Positions 56,448-64,000 of a stretch of DNA of 64,000 nt are shown here, in pieces. The notes below the pieces were generated by a model that searched no databases, was not told the origin of the DNA, and saw nothing but the letters and a program-made list of their open reading frames with translations. The translations under genes and the position numbers were made by a program. Within the stretch, counting starts at the first letter, position 1. Every line of letters begins with the position of its first letter. The DNA is taken from positions 2,063 to 66,062 of the forward strand of contig CAZEEI010000002.1 in the NCBI GenBank assembly GCA_964511175.1. Direction: 5' to 3'. Source of the DNA: an uncultured Pseudomonadales bacterium. GTDB lineage: Bacteria > Patescibacteriota > Microgenomatia > UBA1400 > UBA1396.

Positions 56448-57827
56448 ATGGACTTAAACCGCCTCACCATCACCCAAGCATTGTCCGGCCTGAAGCAGAA
56501 AAGGTTTTCGCCAACCGAATTACAGCAATCCGTACTCAACGCTATTAATGTTCGTAATCCGAAATTGAATGCCTATCTCAATTACCACTCTAGTGTACCG
56601 ACCGACTTTTCTGCCGGACCTCTAGCCGGTATACCCATCGCGGTCAAAGATAATTTTTTAACTACCGATTTAGTCACTACGGCCGCCTCGAATGTTTTGC
56701 GCGATTACCGGCCGCAGTATGAATCGACCGTGACCCACAAACTAAAGAAAGCGGGTGCTTGGATTGTGGGCAAGACTAATCTAGATGCTTGGGCGCACGG
56801 CTCCAGTACGGAAACTTCTGATTTTGGTCCCACCAAAAATCCCCACAATCCGGAATATATTCCCGGCGGCTCTTCTGGTGGCAGTGCCGCTGCCTTGGCG
56901 GCTGACCTTTGTACGGCGGCTATTGGTTCGGAGACATCAGGTTCAATTTTGGGTCCGGCGGCTTGGTGCGGGATAGTTGGCTTCAAACCGACTTATGGCC
57001 GCGTTTCGCGAGCCGGCGTAATTGCGATGGGTTCGTCCTTGGATTGTCCGGGGCCAATGACTAAAACCGTAACCGACGCTGCACTTTTGTTAGGAGTAGT
57101 GGCGGGACATGATCGCTACGATGGTACTTCTTCAGTTCGTGCCGTGCCGGACTATGTTTCCTCTCTGTCAGCGGGAATTAAAGGCAAAAAAATTGGTATC
57201 ATTTACGAAGATGTCTTGCCGGACGAAATGAAGTCGGTTTTAAGTTCGGCCGTAGCGGTGTTAAGACAACAAGGCGCTATAGTTGAGTCAGCTCAAGCCA
57301 TGAATCCGGAACCAGCCATTGGTATGTACGCCGTGCTACAGCGCAGTGAAGTGAGTTCAAACCTAGCGCGTTTTGACGGTATTCGTTATGGTCAGGGGCG
57401 GGATGCTTTCGGCACAGAGGCTAAACGGCGGATCATGCTGGGTACCTATACGCTTTCCAAAGGTTATGCCGACCGCTACTACATTCAAGCCCAAAAAGTG
57501 CGCACCGCTTTTGTTAATGATTTTCAGCGTTTATTTGCCCAGTATGATCTTTTGGTTTCACTAAGTATGCCCAGTTACGCTTGGCCGTTGGGTGAAAGCG
57601 CCAAACATCCCTTCTTTGGCGAGATGATCGACAAGCTGGCTGAACCGCGCGCCGCTGCTGGTTTGCCGGCAATCAACGTTCCTTGTTATCGCAACCCGGA
57701 GACTAATTTGCCATTGGGTCTAATGCTCGTTGCCCCGCAGTTTGCCGAAGCTAATTTATTGACCGCTGCCTATACTTACGAACAAGCCACTGACTGGAAC
57801 CCGTGGACCAAGCAGGAGGTAGCATGA
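56448..57827 (+). CDS. gatA: Asp/Glu-tRNA amidotransferase subunit A (amidase signature)
   Basis: Amidase signature GGSSGGSAAALAADLCTAAIGSETSGSI and the AVKDNF motif. Confidence 0.95.
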   Translation: MDLNRLTITQALSGLKQKRFSPTELQQSVLNAINVRNPKLNAYLNYHSSVPTDFSAGPLAGIPIAVKDNFLTTDLVTTAASNVLRDYRPQYESTVTHKLKKAGAWIVGKTNLDAWAHGSSTETSDFGPTKNPHNPEYIPGGSSGGSAAALAADLCTAAIGSETSGSILGPAAWCGIVGFKPTYGRVSRAGVIAMGSSLDCPGPMTKTVTDAALLLGVVAGHDRYDGTSSVRAVPDYVSSLSAGIKGKKIGIIYEDVLPDEMKSVLSSAVAVLRQQGAIVESAQAMNPEPAIGMYAVLQRSEVSSNLARFDGIRYGQGRDAFGTEAKRRIMLGTYTLSKGYADRYYIQAQKVRTAFVNDFQRLFAQYDLLVSLSMPSYAWPLGESAKHPFFGEMIDKLAEPRAAAGLPAINVPCYRNPETNLPLGLMLVAPQFAEANLLTAAYTYEQATDWNPWTKQEVA

Positions 57828-59236
57828 AATATACCCCCGTTATTGGTCTAGAAATCCACGTCGAATTAAATACTAATTCTAAAATGTTTTGTGGTTGTCC
57901 CGCCAATCATTTTGGTGTTGCGCCTAATACGCAAACTTGTCCGGTTTGTTATGGTTTGCCGGGCGCTCTACCGGTAGCCAACCTGGAAGGTATCCGCCGC
58001 ACGATTAAAATTGGTTTGGCGGTAGGGGCTAGCATTACCCGCCACAGCAAGTTTGACCGGAAAAATTATTTCTATCCCGATTTGCCCAAAGGCTACCAGA
58101 TTTCCCAATATGACCAGCCGCTTGGTGTTGGCGGCCAAGTGGAAACTAGTGCTGGAGTAGTGCGTCTGGAACGGGTCCATCTGGAGGAAGACACTGCCAA
58201 ATTACAGCACGTTACCCTAACACCTGACGAAATGAAGTTGGCTGGTGTCGAGCACAGTGACGTATCCTTTGTCGACTTCAACCGTTCCGGCGTGCCGCTG
58301 GTGGAAATTGTCACTAAGCCAGATATTCATTCCGGCGAACAGGCACGCGAGTATGGCAAAAACTTAGTGCAGATTTTACGTTACCTCAATGTGTCGGATT
58401 GCGACATGGAAAAGGGGTCGCTGCGTTTGGAAGCGAATATTTCGGTTCAAACCGAAGCCGAACAGGCGGCCGATCAACTGCCGGCCTACAAAGTAGAAGT
58501 GAAAAACCTCAACTCTTTTCGTTTTTTGGAACGGGCAATTAATTACGAAATTGCCCGCCACACGGAAATGCGTGACCGTGGGGAGCTGCCCAAACAGGAG
58601 ACGCGCGGCTGGAATGACGCCAAAGGACAAACCTACAGCCAACGTTCTAAAGAAGACGCGGAAGATTACCGTTACTTTCCTGATCCGGATATTCCGCCGC
58701 TGGAACTGGCGGAAGAGTTTATTGCCGATATTGCCCAATCAATTCCGGAGTTGCCCGCGGCTAAAGTGTTACGTTGGCAACAAATATTTAATTTGAGTGA
58801 ACAAAACGCCAACGTATTAGTCGGCGATCGGGTGGTAGCCTGGGAAATTGAAACATTGTTAGCCGAAGTTAACCCCCAAAATCTATCACCCCAAAAAGTG
58901 GCCAGCGCTTTGGTTAACCATAAAGTAACAACTTGGTTGTTGGATGTTAATCGTTTGACTTCGGCTACGCAGGAGGAAAAACAAGCGGAGCGCAACGAAG
59001 TGCTAGCGGCCTGTCAAGCTCTTTATGCGGTGGCTGAAGTCGACAATAATGAATTGACCCAGATTGTGCAGGAGGTTTTGGCGGATCCGATCAACCAAGA
59101 TGCGGTGAAAAATTATAAAAATGGTAAGATACAAGTGATGGGGGTTTTTGTTGGACAGGTGATGCGAAGATTGGGAAGAAAAGTAGAGGTTACATCAGTA
59201 AGACAAAAAGTAGAAGAAAAACTAAAACAGGAATAA
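57824..59236 (+). CDS. gatB: Asp/Glu-tRNA amidotransferase subunit B
   Basis: MKYTPVIGLEIHVELNTNSKMFCGCP is the canonical GatB N-terminus. AGGAGG ribosome-binding site. Its ATG overlaps the gatA stop. Confidence 0.95.
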   Translation: MKYTPVIGLEIHVELNTNSKMFCGCPANHFGVAPNTQTCPVCYGLPGALPVANLEGIRRTIKIGLAVGASITRHSKFDRKNYFYPDLPKGYQISQYDQPLGVGGQVETSAGVVRLERVHLEEDTAKLQHVTLTPDEMKLAGVEHSDVSFVDFNRSGVPLVEIVTKPDIHSGEQAREYGKNLVQILRYLNVSDCDMEKGSLRLEANISVQTEAEQAADQLPAYKVEVKNLNSFRFLERAINYEIARHTEMRDRGELPKQETRGWNDAKGQTYSQRSKEDAEDYRYFPDPDIPPLELAEEFIADIAQSIPELPAAKVLRWQQIFNLSEQNANVLVGDRVVAWEIETLLAEVNPQNLSPQKVASALVNHKVTTWLLDVNRLTSATQEEKQAERNEVLAACQALYAVAEVDNNELTQIVQEVLADPINQDAVKNYKNGKIQVMGVFVGQVMRRLGRKVEVTSVRQKVEEKLKQE

Positions 59237-59238
59237 AT

Positions 59239-61584
59239 ATGGCAGTTAGAGTTGGTGGGGAAAACGGAATTGGTGTTACTGGTGCTGGCGAAACCGCAGC
59301 AGACCAGGGAAAAGATATAATCCGTCGTAATCTGCAGTTGTTGGGTGTAGATTTAAATAATTTTATTAACGAACAAATCATTACTAAGGCCAAGGATTCT
59401 GCAAGTGTTGATCGTTTCCTAGAGCAGCTACAGCGACTAACCCCGATTTGGGCGGATATTATCAGTAAGGCAACCACACAATCATCAGTAAAAATTAGTA
59501 ACGGTTCTGATTTGGAACTTTTTGTGCAGAGGAATTTTGGCAGCGCATGGTATCAGCAATACCTCCAAATCTTCAATGACTCATTTGCTGTCGGTGAAAC
59601 AGACCGCGTTTTTAAATTGTTGGCGAGTCGGATTAAGATTTTGCGTGAACAGAGAGCAGAAAAAGCCCAACAAACAGTAGTTCAAATAGCAACCCAACAG
59701 CAAGCGGAAATGGAGAGGCAAAGTGCTATGCATATGCCTTTGCCAGAGATGCCTGCCGACTTTGTCACACAGAAGGAGTCTGATCTAATCATTCAACCTC
59801 CTGATGAAAGTGGAGAAGTTAGTGTCGATGAAGCTAACTTAGGATCAGATGATTCTAGCGAAGAGTATGGCCAAGATCTTGAGCCGGAAGCAGTTTACCA
59901 TGAGGCAACAATAGAGCCCACCGTATCACTAAGGGAGGTTACCGACGCAACACTCGATGTCTTGCGACAAAGGATTGCCTCTGCCGAGCGTATGGCCGGC
60001 GGAGTTAGGAAACGCCTAATCAACCGAGTAAAGGGGCATACTGAAACCCATCAGGCTGAGGAGATAGGTCGGTTTTCTCTCTTACCCAATGAAGCGGGAA
60101 AATATAAAAAGCAAATAGAAAGTTTTCTAGCAGGCAAATCTTTTTTGTTGGTGGAGCGCGCCGTGGAAGCAGTTATGGAGGGTGATGCGGATGAAGAAGA
60201 TGGTTTAAATTTATCCCGCGAAATTCTGTTTGTTCCCGGTAGTCAGTTAGCTAAAGATACTTATTCAGCGGATGGGGCGGGTTTTGTTCGTAATTTTACC
60301 GTAACAATCGATCCCAAAACCGATTCACGGGAGTACCAGTTGGGAAGAAATGAGGACACTTTGCGTTTTCTACCGATTGATAAAGAGAACAGTGAGTTAT
60401 TTGCTAATGAATACCGTGATCTCAAAGATAATCTTCACCTTTACACGATTTATGCTCGGGGCTTAAGGTCAGCTACTCCAGAAAGTACACAGGCACAAGT
60501 TCTCTTGGCTGGTATCAATGATTACAAGGAAGCATTACTGCCAATTGGGCAGAGATTGGATTTGGTTGAGGAAGCGCAGTGGCAAGACGCAGTTGACTAC
60601 TTTCAAAAAACTTTAGACTTAGGATCAAGAAGAGGGGGGGTTGGTTTTGGTTATTCAGCAGAGTTAAGAGCACAAGTCGAGTTCATGGCCGAAGAACTCG
60701 GTTCTTTGCAAGAAGTTGTTACTAGCAGCTTGGCGGCGCATAAATATGCCGTTACCGATAAATTTTTGAATCAACTAAATAAGTGGGAAATTCCTCTTAG
60801 TGCTCAAGACCAAGATCTACTAAATCAGCACGATAGTTTAATTGTCCGGTTAACCGAACTAAACACTGGCAACTGGAAAAGAGGTAGGAGAGATTTGTCA
60901 GCTGATCTAAATATGGTTATTAACCTTAGTCAACAGGTTCAGTCTTTGTATCAAACAATCGATGCGCGGCTGGGGGAAGCGAAACATAACTATTATGATC
61001 TTCGTATTGGTAGTGGGGCCAGGGAACGTGTTCCATTTTATTTACAAGCATTGAGTTTAGCCGAAGAAGATGATGAAGCGGGCGATTTGACGGAAACACT
61101 AATTGCTTTAGATAAAAAGTTCTACGATTTATATCAAGATTTTGGCGAAATGCTGCGAGAGTATGGGATAGAGCCGGCTCAACTGGAAGATAGAACAGAC
61201 GTTGATTCCGCTTTTGATTGGCTGACCGATTGGTTGGAACGTGCAGTGTCTTATAATGCCGCGCCAAATCCGGAAGAAGCTCGTGATGCTGTCGGAAGAA
61301 GAGAGTTGGCGGAAGCGACGGCAAATTATGATGCCATTATGGTTGAATTGGATGAGGCGCTTGCGAATCTAGAATCATGGCAAGCTGATCGGGTTAGACA
61401 ACTATTGGAGGATAATTTTGATGAGCTCTACGTTTTGGTGAAGGAAATATCGGATGAGCGTGAAGACAGGAATGGCGTTTCAGAAGTTCAGAAGGTTCGA
61501 CAAACAGCCGAGATACTTAATAATATTCTTGACCAACATCTACAATATATTTCGGAACAGGCTAAAAACGAACTAAACGGTTAA
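59239..61584 (+). CDS. Large acidic hypothetical protein (781 aa), soluble, coiled-coil-rich
   Basis: Uninterrupted ORF starting 3 nt after gatB. No TM helices and no recognisable catalytic motif. D/E-rich with heptad-like segments. Confidence 0.55.
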   Translation: MAVRVGGENGIGVTGAGETAADQGKDIIRRNLQLLGVDLNNFINEQIITKAKDSASVDRFLEQLQRLTPIWADIISKATTQSSVKISNGSDLELFVQRNFGSAWYQQYLQIFNDSFAVGETDRVFKLLASRIKILREQRAEKAQQTVVQIATQQQAEMERQSAMHMPLPEMPADFVTQKESDLIIQPPDESGEVSVDEANLGSDDSSEEYGQDLEPEAVYHEATIEPTVSLREVTDATLDVLRQRIASAERMAGGVRKRLINRVKGHTETHQAEEIGRFSLLPNEAGKYKKQIESFLAGKSFLLVERAVEAVMEGDADEEDGLNLSREILFVPGSQLAKDTYSADGAGFVRNFTVTIDPKTDSREYQLGRNEDTLRFLPIDKENSELFANEYRDLKDNLHLYTIYARGLRSATPESTQAQVLLAGINDYKEALLPIGQRLDLVEEAQWQDAVDYFQKTLDLGSRRGGVGFGYSAELRAQVEFMAEELGSLQEVVTSSLAAHKYAVTDKFLNQLNKWEIPLSAQDQDLLNQHDSLIVRLTELNTGNWKRGRRDLSADLNMVINLSQQVQSLYQTIDARLGEAKHNYYDLRIGSGARERVPFYLQALSLAEEDDEAGDLTETLIALDKKFYDLYQDFGEMLREYGIEPAQLEDRTDVDSAFDWLTDWLERAVSYNAAPNPEEARDAVGRRELAEATANYDAIMVELDEALANLESWQADRVRQLLEDNFDELYVLVKEISDEREDRNGVSEVQKVRQTAEILNNILDQHLQYISEQAKNELNG

Positions 61585-61603
61585 CTTCTGTTACACTAGC
61601 CTC

Positions 61604-64000
61604 ATGTCCTTCGTCCATTTACACGTCCATACTGAGTATTCTCTTCTGGATGGCCTAAGCAAGATTCCCCAACTAATGGAACGGGCCAAACAATTCGGTC
61701 AGCCCGCTATCGCCATGACTGACCACGGCGCCATGTATGGCGCGGTGCATTTTTATAACGCGGCTTTGGCAGCCGGTATTAAACCGATTATTGGCTTAGA
61801 GGCGTACATGTCAGCCACCTCCCGCCTCAACAAGCAAGCCAAAATGGGCAGTGATGCTTTCCACCTTACACTGCTAGCCAAAAACTTTAAGGGTTACCAG
61901 AATCTCATGAAGCTTACCTCGCGGGCGCACTTGGAGGGCTTTTCCTACAAGCCGCGTATCGACGAAGAACTATTGCAGGAATATCACGAGGGGATAATTG
62001 CGACCACCGGTTGTTTGGCTAGTATTTTTTCGCAGCTAATCATGGATGGCAAGCGGGACGAGGCCAAGGCCAAAATTAAACAATATTATGAACTTTTTCA
62101 GGGCGATTTTTACATCGAAATCCAATCGCATAGTCATCTTTCCGAGGTTCAGGAAGTGGCGGCGGAAATGGTCAAATTATCCCGCGAAACCGGCGTGCCG
62201 CTGGTAGCTACCAATGATGTGCACTACGTGGATCGCGACGAAGCTGAAGCGCAGGACGCTCTGCTATGTGTGGCCACGCGCCGTTTGGTGAGTGAACACG
62301 ACCGCATGACGATGCTGGATTCGCCGGATTTTTACCTGCGCAGTACGGACGAAATGGCGCAGTTATTTGCCAAGTATCCTGACGCGCTGGAAAACACGAC
62401 TAAAATTGCGGCGCAATGTGCTGAAAAAATAATTCCCACCGGCAATTGGATTTTGCCTCATTTTAGTGTGCCGGCGGGCGAGACCGAAGATAGTTATTTA
62501 CGTAAACTAGCCTACGACCGGCTGCCGCAGGTAATAGAGTTGGTTACCCCAGAGGTGAAGCAGCGTCTCGAATATGAACTAAAAATTATCATTAGCAAGG
62601 GTTATGCTGCCTACTTTTTAATCGTGCAAGATTTTGTGCGCTGGGCTAAAGAGAACGGTATTTACGTTGGACCGGGACGTGGCTCGGCGGCGGGGTCGCT
62701 GGTGTCCTATTCCCTGGGAATTACCACCATTGATCCCTTGGAACACGATTTAAAGTTTGAACGTTTTCTCAACCCGGAGCGACCCTCGCCGCCGGATATT
62801 GATATGGACTTTGCCGATACACGTCGGGAAGAAGTGATCGAGTACGTCACGCGCAAATATGGTGTGGATCGAGTGGCCAACGTGATCACTTTTGGACGAA
62901 TGGAGGCACGAGTAGCCATTCGCGATATTGGTCGGGTATTGGGTATGCCTTACGAGGATCCAGACCGGATCGCTAAATTGATTCCGCCCATCGGTGGTCT
63001 CCAGGAAGCAATCGACAACGTGCCGGAGCTCAAACAGTATAGCCAAATGACCAAGTACCAAAGGCTATTTGAATTGGCTCTCAAAGTAGAAGGTTCGGTA
63101 CGTCATTCCAGCGTCCACGCGGCGGCGGTGGTGGTGGCGGACGACGATATCACCAACTACTGTCCTATTCAGCGCGAGAGCAAAGAAGGTAAAGTTATTA
63201 CTCAGTATGACATGTACGCTTTGGACGCCAATACTTCCGGCGACAAGGCTATCGGTCTCTTAAAATTTGATTTTTTGGGATTGCGCAACTTGTCGATTTT
63301 GGGCGAAGCTATTGCCAACGTCAAAAAAACCAAGGGTATTGCGGTCGATTTAGACCGGATTCCTATTGATGATAAGGCAGTTTTTGCCATGCTTTCCCGC
63401 GGCGACACTACTGGTGTTTTCCAATTGGAGTCAGCAGGTATGCGGCGGGTGGCGCGCCAGCTCCAACCCAACAAGTTCTCCGATATTACCGCTATGGTGG
63501 CCTTATACCGGCCGGGACCAATGGACCTGATTCCGGGCTTTATTGAAGCCAAACATCACCCGGAAAAAATCGAGTATCCTCATCCCGATTTAGAATCCAT
63601 TTTTGCGGAAACCTATGGCTACATGGTTTACCAGGAGCAGGCTATGGCGGTGGCTAACACCATGGCTGGCTATTCAGTAGGTGAAGTCGATGTTTTGCGC
63701 AAGGCCATCGGTAAGAAAAAAATTGAAATCATGCAACAGCAGCACGCCGAATTCGTGGACCGATCCGTGAAGAAGGGTTATAGCCGCAAAGTGGCTGAAC
63801 AAGTTTGGAGCTACATCGAAAAATTCGCTGGTTATGGTTTCAACAAGGCTCACTCGGCTAGTTACGCCATGGTGGCTTACCGCACGGCCTACATGAAAGT
63901 GAAGTACCCGGTGGAGTACATGTGTGCATTGGCTTCCGTAGAATCTTTATCGCACAGCCAAAAGCGGGAAGAAAAAATCATGCAGGCTGTGGAAGAATGC
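61604..64000 (+). CDS. dnaE: DNA polymerase III alpha subunit (DnaE), N-terminal ~800 aa; continues beyond window
   Basis: PHP domain start MSFVHLHVHTEYSLLDGLSKIPQLMERAKQFGQPAIAMTDHGAMYGAVHFY and the polymerase core (GPGRGSAAGSLVSYSLGIT...DIDMDF). No stop codon before the window end. Confidence 0.9.
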   Translation, partial: MSFVHLHVHTEYSLLDGLSKIPQLMERAKQFGQPAIAMTDHGAMYGAVHFYNAALAAGIKPIIGLEAYMSATSRLNKQAKMGSDAFHLTLLAKNFKGYQNLMKLTSRAHLEGFSYKPRIDEELLQEYHEGIIATTGCLASIFSQLIMDGKRDEAKAKIKQYYELFQGDFYIEIQSHSHLSEVQEVAAEMVKLSRETGVPLVATNDVHYVDRDEAEAQDALLCVATRRLVSEHDRMTMLDSPDFYLRSTDEMAQLFAKYPDALENTTKIAAQCAEKIIPTGNWILPHFSVPAGETEDSYLRKLAYDRLPQVIELVTPEVKQRLEYELKIIISKGYAAYFLIVQDFVRWAKENGIYVGPGRGSAAGSLVSYSLGITTIDPLEHDLKFERFLNPERPSPPDIDMDFADTRREEVIEYVTRKYGVDRVANVITFGRMEARVAIRDIGRVLGMPYEDPDRIAKLIPPIGGLQEAIDNVPELKQYSQMTKYQRLFELALKVEGSVRHSSVHAAAVVVADDDITNYCPIQRESKEGKVITQYDMYALDANTSGDKAIGLLKFDFLGLRNLSILGEAIANVKKTKGIAVDLDRIPIDDKAVFAMLSRGDTTGVFQLESAGMRRVARQLQPNKFSDITAMVALYRPGPMDLIPGFIEAKHHPEKIEYPHPDLESIFAETYGYMVYQEQAMAVANTMAGYSVGEVDVLRKAIGKKKIEIMQQQHAEFVDRSVKKGYSRKVAEQVWSYIEKFAGYGFNKAHSASYAMVAYRTAYMKVKYPVEYMCALASVESLSHSQKREEKIMQAVEEC

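Overview
The window reads as a gene-dense bacterial chromosome segment with short or overlapping gene junctions, typical of a small genome. It may be a CPR/Patescibacteria-like or other reduced Gram-positive-like lineage, but that is only an inference. Core content: uvrB and lexA with a striking repeat operator-like element between them, miaA, an orphan OmpR-type response regulator, an FtsB-like protein, a Xer-type recombinase, ftsH, a stand-alone 5'-3' exonuclease followed by an OB-fold/DEDD 3'-5' exonuclease, an N-domain-less clpB, fbaB, glyA, gatCAB and the start of dnaE.

The centre of the window is a large glycan locus of about 23 kb. It begins with a 235-aa membrane-anchored protein and a 1321-aa cysteine-rich secreted protein that carries novel internal repeats. 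These two genes are translationally coupled, through ATGA stop/start overlaps, to ugd, an epimerase, gmd, a GT2-GtrA fusion, a PMT/ArnT-like GT-C glycosyltransferase and further glycosyltransferases. I read this as a candidate surface-protein O-glycosylation system.

A convergent operon follows. It contains a visibly AT-richer cassette (glf, rfbF, rfbG, epimerase, GT2, polytopic membrane protein), a UbiA-family DPPR-synthase-like prenyltransferase, a WecA/MraY-family transferase and another GT-C enzyme.

I also found RNA genes that the ORF track cannot show: a tmRNA (ssrA) at 34463-34875 and four tRNAs (Ser-TGA, Gln-TTG, Thr-CGT, Asp-GTC). The tRNAs bracket an AT-rich accessory stretch of small hypothetical genes, including a GS..SDID nucleotidyltransferase-domain protein and a Cys-rich mini-protein. 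LemA-HtpX, a GT9-like glycosyltransferase in AT-rich DNA, and a 781-aa acidic hypothetical protein between gatB and dnaE are also present. No CRISPR array or transposase was recognised.
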